Assembly: GCF_052425735.1 (NCBI RefSeq)
Contig: NC_135768.1
Location: 6,820,001-6,884,000 of the forward strand
Source: Oculina patagonica
Taxonomy: Eukaryota
Direction of reading: 5' to 3'
Length of the DNA stretch: 64,000 nucleotides
In this document: piece after piece, positions 33,773 through 43,721 of the stretch
How positions within the stretch are numbered: the first letter of the stretch is position 1
Layout: each line of letters starts with the position of its first letter
Position numbers and translations under genes: made by a program
The notes under the pieces: model-generated
The model's database searches: none
What the model was told of the DNA's origin: nothing
The model's input: the letters and a program-made list of their open reading frames with translations, nothing else

Positions 33773-36700
33773 ATGGAAAATTTTATCTCACCCAATATTA
33801 GTATGAACGAATCTGAGCTCAATAAACTATCTAAAACCGACCTCATAAAACTGATATTATCGCTAAAAGCCGACCAACCAAGGATATACAAACCACGACC
33901 TCCAAAAGCAACCCCACGACGAAACGTTAAACAAAGGGTTCAAGATTATGAAGCCAATATAATATTACCACCTCCTGAATTTAGGGATAATTTCATACCA
34001 ATAGCTAAGCCAAGAACTAAGGTCTCAAATGAATTTAATTTCGATGACAGTCTATTTGATACAACATCCAATGACCAACCTTTATTCAAAATAACTGAAA
34101 TCGGAAGTAAATTAAATAAAAAATTCAATTCTTTTACCAATGAATTCAAGGTAAATGTTCGGAAAAATTTCATAGGTAATAAAAATGAGATTTTCAGTGT
34201 ATTTGAAAAATTGTTTGAAATGACGTTAAAAAAAAGGCAGTTAAAAGGTAATGATAGAATCAGATTGATAATTTCAAACGATCAATTAACCCATCCTATA
34301 TCAACAAGAATGTTAAAAGTTTCTGATTTCAAGTTAAATCAACTTTCAGATATAATCAACACATTGGAGTACAAAGCAATAGATTTAGAAAAATGTAAAA
34401 TTATTGTTCAATCTGTTAAAATACCGGCAGGGCAAGCTCGTTTATATTTATCAAAACAAACAGTGAATAAAAAGCAATGCATTATCACAATAAAAAATAA
34501 TGACACAATTTGTTTAGCCAGGGCGGTTGTAACAGCTTATGCTAATCTAAAAAAGGAGAATTACACCAAAACTCAGTTGAAAGATGGTTTCAATAAAAGC
34601 CGAAAACTACAAGAAATTCAAGCCAAAGAACTTCATAATAATGCTAATGTTGAAATTAACGATTATGGGCATTGTCTTGAAGATGTCAATACCTTCGCTA
34701 AATATTTAGATATTGAGATAAATATCATAGATTCTGAACAGTTCAATGAGATTATATATACAGCTAATAATGGTAAAACAGACAAAATTTATTTATTCAA
34801 ATCACGAAATCATTTTGATGTCATAAAATCGATGACAGCCTTTTTAGATGTAGCATATTACTGTCATTCTTGCAAAAAAGCTTATACGAGACGTGATAAA
34901 CACAAATGCCCCCAAAAATGTCTATCTTGTTTCAAATATTTTCCAGATGGTAATAAATGTAATGGAAAAGACATTAGATGTAATAAGTGCAATCGTGTTT
35001 TTCATGGTAATAGTTGTTTTAAAAACCATACTAGTAAGCGATCGAAAAAAGATAGTGATGATTCAGTATGTAGCAGTGTAGCAAAATGTTTAAAATGCAA
35101 TCAAATCATTCTAAAACCATATATTAAAATACATAAATGCGGTTTCAAAATGTGTAATAATTGTAATAGCTATTGCGAAAGTAAACATAAATGTTTCATG
35201 AAAAAGATCAAGTGTAAGGGTGGAAATTGTACAATAGATAACGAAAAACCTTGCAGATTAAATAAAAGCATTCCTAAAAAAGATTATTGTTACCCATGCA
35301 AAACGTATAATGAAAAATATTTATTTTTCGATTTTGAATGTACACAAAACACTCAAATACACCACGTCAATTTAGCTATCTGTCATGATTTCAATGGTAA
35401 TGAATCAATCTTCAATGATATCAACAGTTTTTGTAATGGTATTCTTAATGAAAAATATAAAGGATATACACTTTTGGCTCATAATAGTAAAGGGTATGAC
35501 AGTCATTTTATACTAAAATGGTGTATTGATAATGGTTTTAAACCTTACTGTATTTACAATGGTGCAAAAATAATGATGATGGAAATAGCACAGTTAAGGA
35601 TCAAAATAATCGACAGCTTAAATTTTATTCAGCAACCCTTATCATCGTTTCCTAAAACTTTTGGTTTAAGCCAGCTTAAAAAAGGTTACTTTCCACATTA
35701 TTTTAACAAACTGTGTAATCAAAACTATATTGGTAATATGCCTGCAAAAAAACATTATGGGTTTAATCAAATGAAAACACAAGATAGAGAGAAATTTTTA
35801 CAATGGTTTAATGAGCGTGTTAATGAAAATTATGTTTTCGATTTCAAAAAAGAAATAATTGAATACTGTAGGTCAGATGTTGATATATTAAGAAGATGTA
35901 TGTTAAAATTCAGGCAAGATTTCATGAATCAAGAAAATATCGATCCACTAAAATACATTACAATAGCCGGTGTTTGTATGGCTATTTATAGAGGGAATTA
36001 TATGCCAAAAAATACCATAGCTGTGGTTGATAATGTTGTTCAAACAGAAAACCATAGTGCAGTCAGTATTGCATGGCTTGATTACATAAGTAAGAAAAAT
36101 AAAATTAAAATTCAACATACCTTGGAAGGGGGTGAAAAAGTTATCAATTGTCTCAATAACAAATTAAAAGTCGATGGTTTTTGTGAGTCCGCAAATAGTG
36201 TTTATGAATTCCAAGGTTGCTTCTGGCATGGATGCCCAGATTGTTACAAACCTGATGTAATCAATAATAAGAATCAATGCGATATGGGTACTTTATATAA
36301 TAAAACACAAATAAAAAATAACAAAATAACGAGTGCTGGTTACAGCCTCATTGAGATGTGGGAATGCAAGTTGAAAAATGACAAAAGTTTTCAAAAATAT
36401 TATAAAAATGATTGGAATAGAGAAGTAACGACTTCTCTAAACCCTAGAGATGCTTTTTTCGGCGGACGGACAAACGCTGTAAAACTTCTGTATAAATTCA
36501 AAGAAGGTGAATATGGTAAGTATCTTGATTTCACCTCCTTATACCCGACTGTCCAGTTCTACAAAAAATATCCCATTGGTCATCCTGAAAAAATTATATC
36601 GCCAGAAAAATACGATAAGAAATGGTATGGATTCATAAAATGTAAAATTTCAGCACCAAGTGGGTTATACCATGCTGTTTTACCTCAGAAAATCAAATGT

Positions 36701-37768
36701 GAAAAGGCTGAAAAATTGATGTTTCCTCTGTGTATATCATGTGCTAAAACAAAGCAACAAGAAAAATGCCAACATAGTGAAAGTGAGCGAGCATTTATAG
36801 GCACATGGACAACCGATGAGGTCAATAAAGCCATTGAAAAAGGTTATAATATCATAAAAATATATGAAGTATGGCATTTTGAGAAGTCATCCGACGATCT
36901 ATTCAAAGGATACATTAAAAAATTCATGAAACTAAAACTTGAATCAACAAAATATAATTTCAAAAATGACAAAGAAGAAATGATATTCAGAAATAAAGTC
37001 AAAACAAATTTAGACATTGAATTAGGTGAATTAAATGAAAATTCAGGTTTACGTGCTATTGCTAAGATGTGTTTGAATAGTCTTTGGGGTAAATTTGGAC
37101 AACGAAATAATATGAATCAGTGTAAATACGTTACTGATATAAATGAATTTTATCAATTAGTTCTCGATGATACCATTGACAATTTGAATATCAATTTCAT
37201 AAATGAAGAAATGGTACAGATGAGTTACGCTTATAAGGACCAGTTTGTTGATAATTCCTACAATACCAATATCTTTATAGCCTGTTTTACGACAAGCAGT
37301 GCACGGTTAATGTTGTATGAAAAACTAGACTATTTAGATAAACAGGTATTATATTTTGATACAGATAGTATTGTGTATATTGAATCCCAAAATAGTAAGG
37401 TAATAGAAACTGGTAACATGTTAGGTGAATTAACAGATGAGTTAGACGGTGATGTTATAAAAGGTACCTTCGTTTCAGGAGGACCAAAGAATTATAGTTT
37501 CATATATGGCGATAATAAACAGAAATGTGTTATTAAAGGATTTTCCCTTAATCATGAAAATTCTCAGATACTAAATCACGCAAATATGATTAAGATGGTA
37601 AAGGGCGATATCAAAGAACTCACATTAGTAAATGAAAATAAGATAACAAGACAGAGTAAACAAATTGTTAACAAATATGAGGAAAAGGTATACAGTTTTG
37701 GATACGATAAGCGTGCAATAAAATATATAGATGAAACCTGTATAGATACAATACCATATGGTTATTAA
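33773..37768 (+). CDS. Protein-primed family B DNA polymerase with OTU-like and Cys-rich N-terminus and Vsr-like nuclease insert
   Basis: Exo FFDFE, AHNSKGYD, YCRSDV; Pol DFTSLYP, KMCLNSLWGKFG, YFDTDS; insert VDGF..YEFQGCFWHGC; NDTICLARA..HFDVI. Confidence 0.97.
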   Translation: MENFISPNISMNESELNKLSKTDLIKLILSLKADQPRIYKPRPPKATPRRNVKQRVQDYEANIILPPPEFRDNFIPIAKPRTKVSNEFNFDDSLFDTTSNDQPLFKITEIGSKLNKKFNSFTNEFKVNVRKNFIGNKNEIFSVFEKLFEMTLKKRQLKGNDRIRLIISNDQLTHPISTRMLKVSDFKLNQLSDIINTLEYKAIDLEKCKIIVQSVKIPAGQARLYLSKQTVNKKQCIITIKNNDTICLARAVVTAYANLKKENYTKTQLKDGFNKSRKLQEIQAKELHNNANVEINDYGHCLEDVNTFAKYLDIEINIIDSEQFNEIIYTANNGKTDKIYLFKSRNHFDVIKSMTAFLDVAYYCHSCKKAYTRRDKHKCPQKCLSCFKYFPDGNKCNGKDIRCNKCNRVFHGNSCFKNHTSKRSKKDSDDSVCSSVAKCLKCNQIILKPYIKIHKCGFKMCNNCNSYCESKHKCFMKKIKCKGGNCTIDNEKPCRLNKSIPKKDYCYPCKTYNEKYLFFDFECTQNTQIHHVNLAICHDFNGNESIFNDINSFCNGILNEKYKGYTLLAHNSKGYDSHFILKWCIDNGFKPYCIYNGAKIMMMEIAQLRIKIIDSLNFIQQPLSSFPKTFGLSQLKKGYFPHYFNKLCNQNYIGNMPAKKHYGFNQMKTQDREKFLQWFNERVNENYVFDFKKEIIEYCRSDVDILRRCMLKFRQDFMNQENIDPLKYITIAGVCMAIYRGNYMPKNTIAVVDNVVQTENHSAVSIAWLDYISKKNKIKIQHTLEGGEKVINCLNNKLKVDGFCESANSVYEFQGCFWHGCPDCYKPDVINNKNQCDMGTLYNKTQIKNNKITSAGYSLIEMWECKLKNDKSFQKYYKNDWNREVTTSLNPRDAFFGGRTNAVKLLYKFKEGEYGKYLDFTSLYPTVQFYKKYPIGHPEKIISPEKYDKKWYGFIKCKISAPSGLYHAVLPQKIKCEKAEKLMFPLCISCAKTKQQEKCQHSESERAFIGTWTTDEVNKAIEKGYNIIKIYEVWHFEKSSDDLFKGYIKKFMKLKLESTKYNFKNDKEEMIFRNKVKTNLDIELGELNENSGLRAIAKMCLNSLWGKFGQRNNMNQCKYVTDINEFYQLVLDDTIDNLNINFINEEMVQMSYAYKDQFVDNSYNTNIFIACFTTSSARLMLYEKLDYLDKQVLYFDTDSIVYIESQNSKVIETGNMLGELTDELDGDVIKGTFVSGGPKNYSFIYGDNKQKCVIKGFSLNHENSQILNHANMIKMVKGDIKELTLVNENKITRQSKQIVNKYEEKVYSFGYDKRAIKYIDETCIDTIPYGY

Positions 37769-37797
37769 AAGATAAAAATTTTATACAGTATATTTAT

Positions 37798-38736
37798 ATG
37801 AAAATCGTTTTGCTTGGTCACGTAGATCATGGAAAAAGCACATTAGGGGGTAATCTCATATACAACTCCAATACTATCAATAAACGGGATATTGATAAAA
37901 TCAAAAAGCAGGCCGATCAACTCAAAATGTCAAAGCAATGGTTAGCACATATCTTAGACGAGGATGATAATGAAAGGTTGAAAGGAAAGACGTATTCCTT
38001 CAATATAGTTCAATTAGAGTATCAGGGTAATATTTTTGAAATCATCGATGTACCAGGTCATAAAGAACTAGTTAATGAGATGATATATGGAAGTTCACGA
38101 GCAGATCTAGCGGTATTGGTTATATCTATACGTAAGGGTGAATATGAAGCTGGCCTTTTAGGTCAATCTTTAGAACATATTATGATTGCTCGTGGAATGG
38201 GGTTAAAATCTCTGGTTATTGCTCTTAATAAAATGGACACAATTAATTGGGATTTTGATGAATACAACCGTGTTGTTACTGATTTAACTAGAAAGATTAA
38301 AAGATTCCGTTTCAAACATATCATTTTTGTACCTATATCAGCATTCCGTGGAGACAACGTTATAAAGCGATATAACAACCCATTGGTTAAATATTCATTA
38401 ATCGAGGCTATAAACACTATTATTATAATACCTCGCGAGACTAAGTTGATTAAACCAAATGATAATAAGATAAATAGTCGTTTTCTCTTCTATCATATCG
38501 AGAACCTAATCACTACGGGTTATGTTTGTAAATTACATACTAATATTAAATTATATGATGCAGAGTTTGTTAAAATACATAACAGTAAGCTGCCATTTGT
38601 GACTCAGAATAATTCTAAAGGGAAACTAATAAATGTCGTTTTAAAATTAAATACTAATGATGCAATTAATGCTAATGTTATCTTGAGAGATGGAAATAAA
38701 ACGATTGCCATAGGCATTTTAGAATATGATGATTAA
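37798..38736 (+). CDS. eRF3-type (eEF1A/HBS1 family) translational GTPase, G domain + domain III only
   Basis: G1 GHVDHGKS, G2 ERLKGKT, G3 DVPG, G4 NKMD, G5 SAF; ends LRDGNKTIAIG; intronless, AT-rich, inside the TIRs. Confidence 0.88.
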   Translation: MKIVLLGHVDHGKSTLGGNLIYNSNTINKRDIDKIKKQADQLKMSKQWLAHILDEDDNERLKGKTYSFNIVQLEYQGNIFEIIDVPGHKELVNEMIYGSSRADLAVLVISIRKGEYEAGLLGQSLEHIMIARGMGLKSLVIALNKMDTINWDFDEYNRVVTDLTRKIKRFRFKHIIFVPISAFRGDNVIKRYNNPLVKYSLIEAINTIIIIPRETKLIKPNDNKINSRFLFYHIENLITTGYVCKLHTNIKLYDAEFVKIHNSKLPFVTQNNSKGKLINVVLKLNTNDAINANVILRDGNKTIAIGILEYDD

Positions 38737-38784
38737 ACGCACAAAATTCATATAAAAAAAATATTATTTTCTATTATATATATA

Positions 38785-39042
38785 ATGGAAATACCAATAC
38801 CCACGGAGCAAATAAAGAATGGAAATAAGATTATTTTTATTAAAAAATCCACATATAAGGGATGGCCTGATTATGATATAAAAAAGCATTCAAGAACTTT
38901 AATTAATGTGTCTAAGGATGATGAACTCGAATACATTATGATAAAGCGTAAAAAATTTCTCATTATACTTGATAATGAGATAAGCAATAATCAAAATTTT
39001 GAACCTGAGCTTACTGAGGCAACAAAAGATATTAATAACTAA
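38785..39042 (+). CDS. Small hypothetical Polinton protein
   Basis: 85 aa; TCTA and TATATA upstream of ATG. Confidence 0.5.
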   Translation: MEIPIPTEQIKNGNKIIFIKKSTYKGWPDYDIKKHSRTLINVSKDDELEYIMIKRKKFLIILDNEISNNQNFEPELTEATKDINN

Positions 39043-39289
39043 TATGATTTCAAGATTTTTCAATTAAACTATAAGAGCATTTGATTTTCATTATGTCAAT
39101 GAGGTTTGTTTTAAACGCACTAATATGCAATATTTTAAATTAAACTATAAGAGCATTTGTTTTTTCAAGGCTTGGTTTTACAGATTTGTTTTTCCTATTT
39201 TGTCTAATGAAATCTTTAGATTTCATTAATCATAAAAGAAAATTCTGCTCCGCTTGGAATCCGAGATTTGGTTCTGAGATTTAAAATTT

Positions 39290-39769
39290 AACTATAAGAG
39301 CATTTGTTTTTTCCAGGCTTGTTTTTGATCACATGGTTGAATCAAGGTTTCATTTAAACGCACTGTATTCAAAAATTTTAAAAAGAGTATAAGAAGTTTT
39401 TTCCACGCTTGGTTTTCAGATTTGTCTCAGATTATAAATTATTAAGGAACAAATATAATTTTTTAAATTATATTTGATCATAAGTTTCTATAAGCATTAA
39501 AATTTTTATTTAATGCTTATGAAACGCTCCGCTCGGTTTCCCATAATTCGAATCCATTTTTTTGAATCCATTTTTTAAATCCATTTTTTGAATCCATTTT
39601 TTGAATCCATTTTTTCACCCCCATAATTTGAATCCATTTTTTGAATCCATATTTCATCCCCATAATTTGAATCCATTTTTTGAATCCATTTTTGAATCCA
39701 GTGTTGGAAGTAGTATGTACTAAATCTCTGTGGCAAAAATTTTGCCTCAGAGTATAGTACATTACTACT
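39290..39769 (-). repeat. Polinton right TIR
   Basis: Inverted copy of the left end with a different number of tandem gaatccatttt units; inner boundary approximate. Confidence 0.85.
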
Positions 39770-40967
39770 ATTACACATTCTGTCTATCTACATGCTCGTG
39801 ATCCACAAATCTTTCCGAACATCCACCTGTTGTTGCGAATTGCAGGTATAATTCCGCACCGAGAGACTCTCTGGCCTGACTTTAATGAGTATTCATTATG
39901 AAAAGCCTGTCGATTACGATGCTATAGTTCCGAAATTAGCCGAACAACAACCTCGTAGAATGTTACTCGTTAATCCCATTTTTGAGGAATCTTAAGCGTG
40001 ACTTTTTAGAACACATTAAATAGCGAAGACAAATATATTACAGTGATTTTAGTTTCATTTTGTAGGTGTCAGTTGATTATTACGTAGTCCTTGTTTAATA
40101 AAATAGCTTTAAAAATACATGGTTTGTTGAGGTATTAAACTGTCCACAATCCTCCTTCAAAACGCTGGAAATCGCATTTCCGAGGACTTAAATTTCAAAA
40201 TTTCCCGGGGGAGCATGGTCCCGGACCCCCGCAGATGGGCCCGCCTTCGGCGGTCCATTTGTTCAAACCCCCCTTCTCGAAATCCTGGATCCGCCCCAGA
40301 TATCGCAATATTGTTGTGCACAACATGTTGCACGCGTTTGGCCACCCTGTCGCGATATGTTGCAGAATGTTAGTGGCGCAAATCGAACTAGTGCGCATGT
40401 TCCAACGCAACAATGTTGCAGGAACGTGGCAAAACGAGGACAACATCATGCAACATCCAAAAATGTTGCAAGATGTTGGGAGAAAAATTTGACTATTTTC
40501 AAACTTGGTCCAGCATCATCCAACACGTTGCAACAGCAACGAGGTGGCCAAACGATTGCAACATGCTGTGCGCAACAATGTTGGGATACGTTGCGTTGAA
40601 ATGTTGCGTGCGTTTGGCCGGGCCTTTATACTCAACTGATGATAAACAAAGCGAAGGGGGGGGGGGGGGGGCAGATATGTGTCATTTTCTCTGTTTTTAA
40701 ATGGCTCGTATTCGTTTAGACATTGCCGTCTTTGGTATTTTTTCACTGCTACCGCGATTAGGTCAAGGAACAACTTTTAGCACATATTTGTGAATAAAGT
40801 GAGGCGAGACGGTTTTGCGTCGAAATACGTTGCCATGATAGCGTTAAAAGAAGATTTAATATATTTTTGTTTAATCACCATAACAAACATTTTTACAAAT
40901 TTCTAAAAATATGTGTTTTCTGGATTCACAGCTATGTTATTTATTTATAAACTTAAGGTGGTATTAT

Positions 40968-41090
40968 CTTGCTGCAAGTAATCGATATTTGATCGAACAG
41001 GTTCGACAGGAAATAGTTCCAGAAGGATAAAACTGTCTGAAAACAAGTCACTCGATGTACCGAGGCGAAAAGTTAGCTCTAAGTTCATTA
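40968..41090 (-). pseudogene. Internally deleted HISAT-like relic
   Basis: Two short segments match copy 2 (3578-3658 and 4128-4175), joined directly. Confidence 0.65.
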
Positions 41091-41324
41091 TTGATTATTG
41101 AGTCACTTATTGATCCGTCATCATTCTTTCTCTTTGAATTATTGATTGGTTAATATATGCATTGGTTGAAAATTTTTCAAACTTATGCAAACAACAAAAA
41201 TGATTATTGGCGACCAGTCATGCATGTGGACACTGAGTTACAAAAATAGAAACTCGAATTGTGCAACATAGTATTTAGCACTCGGTCGATATTCGAAATA
41301 AACAGAGCTAGCCTAGAATTGTCC

Positions 41325-42101
41325 CTAGACGGCAGGTTTAGCTGCAATTAATGTGCTACGGATGTGACCTTTGGAGCAAATTGTGAACGTCGCGTCCTCT
41401 TTGCTCGCATACTGGCTGCAAAATCGTGTTAACCTTTCTTCGGACGCTAGCCTCGGGTCAAATGCGCCATGTGTAGTTGCCTGTAGTAATGAGCAAAGAC
41501 TCTCACAATTTTCGAATTCACGATCAATTTTCTCGTAGTAACTCTCCACAATGTCAAATCCAGCCGCTATGCACATCTCGTCAACTTCCGATCTAGATTT
41601 TAAGTGATACATGTTTAGAATACGCTCCAAATTTTCGGGATTAAGCTCACGAAATGCATGGTTCATTAGAGAGGGCACGCGGTCAACAAAATGGAAAACA
41701 ATTTTCCCGTTTGGTTTAAGACTGCTAAACATGTTCTTAAAGGCCTCTTCTTTCTCCGGAATCCAGTGAAGCACATGATTTGCAAAAACGATGTCGTATA
41801 TCGCCGAACCCATTCCAGGAAAGTTGGCAGCGCTTCCTTCGACAAACGTGAGGTTTTTGACTCCCTTGTGAGATTCCAGGGCCACTTTAATTCGATCGAT
41901 ATCAGGATCAACACCCACAACTTTGCCATCTTGTCCTACAAGCCCAGCAAGATAGGCGGACAACTCACCAGTACCACAACCTAAATCCAAGATGGCGTCT
42001 CCAAGACACGTTGTAACTTTTTCAATCAATTGTTTCCCGTCTCCTCTTTGAACGGATGCAGAAACTCGCTGGTAATCCGCGGCGGGCTTGTTGTCGGACA
42101 T
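41325..42101 (-). CDS. Class I SAM-dependent small-molecule methyltransferase
   Basis: ILDLGCGTG, VVGVDPD, YDIVFANHVLHWI, LKPNG. Confidence 0.9.
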   Translation of the reverse strand: MSDNKPAADYQRVSASVQRGDGKQLIEKVTTCLGDAILDLGCGTGELSAYLAGLVGQDGKVVGVDPDIDRIKVALESHKGVKNLTFVEGSAANFPGMGSAIYDIVFANHVLHWIPEKEEAFKNMFSSLKPNGKIVFHFVDRVPSLMNHAFRELNPENLERILNMYHLKSRSEVDEMCIAAGFDIVESYYEKIDREFENCESLCSLLQATTHGAFDPRLASEERLTRFCSQYASKEDATFTICSKGHIRSTLIAAKPAV

Positions 42102-42788
42102 TATTGGGCTACACAGTGTAAACTCTATTTCTCAAACCTCCTAGGGAAACGAAAACTCGTTCGAGACATCGGATAGTTATCGGACGGCTCGAAAAATTGG
42201 CTGGTTCGAGAAACTGGGACTTCACGGAATTCACAATATCCAGCCCAGTTAATATTCAGGTACAAAAACTGCCCCTGTGGTCGTCAAAATTTACATAAAA
42301 GCTCAGATATTCAACGGACCATAAACGAAGCGATAAGGGAGATTGTATCGCTTTCGCGTTCTTTAAAATGACTCATCGTTTAGACATTTTCTTTTTGGAC
42401 ATTTTATCGCAACTACACCAATAATGTCGAGGAATAACTTTTAGCACATATTTGCGTATCATTTTTATCTATGAATAAACAAATTGAGGATGCTTTGTGT
42501 CAAAATACGTTGCCATGATAAAGTCAAAAGAGGTTTTCATATATTTTTGTCTAATCAACATAACAAATGTTTTTACAAATTTCACACATTTTAGGTGGCT
42601 CTGAGCTTATCTGAACACACACATTGCTAATCTATCTATAACGGAAGTTACGATCATATCATGTATTAATTAAACCTTCTAACCAAAATGTTTAAACACG
42701 CTCTAATTTGATCAGTGCTTATCAAGAAGATGCTAGTATTTTTTAACACAGAGAAGGTGTATCGATCGGTGATAGGGCAGGCTAGTCC

Positions 42789-43721
42789 ATGATGAACCTA
42801 GAGCTCACTTTCCGCCTCGCTAGGCTGAATGACTTCGACGAGATACTGAAACTGTCAGAAGGAATCTACGATGGACACGACTATCTTCCATTTAGATACC
42901 ATACTTGGATGAAGATGGAAAATGTTGCTGTTATGCTTGCATATTATGGAGAGAAACTTGTTGGTTTGGCTGCGTGTTCTGTTGTCGATGATGGAAGGAC
43001 GTGGATTGCGCGAGCAGGACGCACTTTGAAGGAGTTTCGCGGCCAAGGTGTACTTAAAGGAATACTTCAAGCGATAAGGAATCAGGTCGTTCGTAGACAT
43101 TTCCCAAACGTTTACCGACAACTATCAGCGAAGGAGAGAGTTAATCCATCGCTAAGAAAAATTGCGCACCAAGATGTTTTGAGCTTTCCTGTAGTAAAGG
43201 GATCTTTACGCTCGCGTCAGTACTACGCCACAGCTAATTCCGTTCAGATTAATGCATGCAGTAAGGAGTACCTCTGCGATGTTGTTTTTTCTACAACTGT
43301 AGCACAGAAACTGTTTCCAGATAACATCATTCTTGTGGAAAAAATCCCTATTGAGCCTTTACGATCGAACATCGATTTCTTAACGACGGAAAACGATGTG
43401 TACTTCGCTGTCGAGAAATGTATCGATGGTGCTTTACCCAGATCAGTAAGTTTTGGTTTATTATCTCCCAGAGTGAAAATGGTACATTGGTCTGTGACTG
43501 TTTACACCAGTGATCTAGTCCTGTACGAAGCTCATCTTTTGCATCAATTGAAGCGAGCCTGTGAAGTTATCAAAGACGATTTTATTTTCAATTCTTTTCA
43601 TGACAAAAGTTTGACAAAACATGGTAGACGAGTGTTAAAGGAAAAGCTGCAGGTAGAATTTGAAGAAGAGCTACCCGTGAACTTGTACGAAGAAGATGTG
43701 ATGCAGCAAAGTCACCTTTAG
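42789..43721 (+). CDS. HISAT/NAT16-like GNAT, intact, C-terminal SHL
   Basis: 310 aa; GNAT motif A AGRTLKEFRGQG; ends QQSHL. Confidence 0.85.
   Translation: MMNLELTFRLARLNDFDEILKLSEGIYDGHDYLPFRYHTWMKMENVAVMLAYYGEKLVGLAACSVVDDGRTWIARAGRTLKEFRGQGVLKGILQAIRNQVVRRHFPNVYRQLSAKERVNPSLRKIAHQDVLSFPVVKGSLRSRQYYATANSVQINACSKEYLCDVVFSTTVAQKLFPDNIILVEKIPIEPLRSNIDFLTTENDVYFAVEKCIDGALPRSVSFGLLSPRVKMVHWSVTVYTSDLVLYEAHLLHQLKRACEVIKDDFIFNSFHDKSLTKHGRRVLKEKLQVEFEEELPVNLYEEDVMQQSHL

Larger units (their letters stand above)
5007..39769. mobile_element. Polinton/Maverick (adintovirus-like endogenous virus), full length, ~18.6 kb native
   Basis: Termini AGTAGT...ACTACT, 6-bp TSD ATTACA (5001-5006, 39770-39775), long TIRs; pPolB, RVE integrase, packaging ATPase, adenain-like protease, major and minor capsid genes. 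Confidence 0.97.
4625..40299 (+). mobile_element. Internally deleted hAT element split by the Polinton (4625-5006 and 39770-40299)
   Basis: TIR ctggggcggatccagg / cctggatccgccccag; ATATCG direct repeat on both sides; transposase remnants DIPSPQTLDIEYDRWMRKW (~4830-4890) and dimerisation motif FPNIHLLLRIAG (~39812-39847). Confidence 0.7.
4506..40625. mobile_element. Harbinger-type MITE split by the hAT/Polinton nest (arms 4506-4624 and 40300-40625)
   Basis: TIR aagcccggccaaacgcacgca / tgcgtgcgtttggccgggcct; TTA on both sides; internal caaca/tgttg repeats continue across the insertion. Confidence 0.7.

Noticed and set aside
29306-39042. Bacterial/phage or giant-virus contamination of the assembly
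   Set aside because: The AT-rich block lies between Polinton TIRs with a matching TSD, and the element is interrupted by host retroelements
39517-39778. Repetitive ORFs (KKWIQ / MDSKNGF) and CRISPR-like periodicity
   Set aside because: Translation of short tandem repeats within the TIR; no unique spacers, no cas genes
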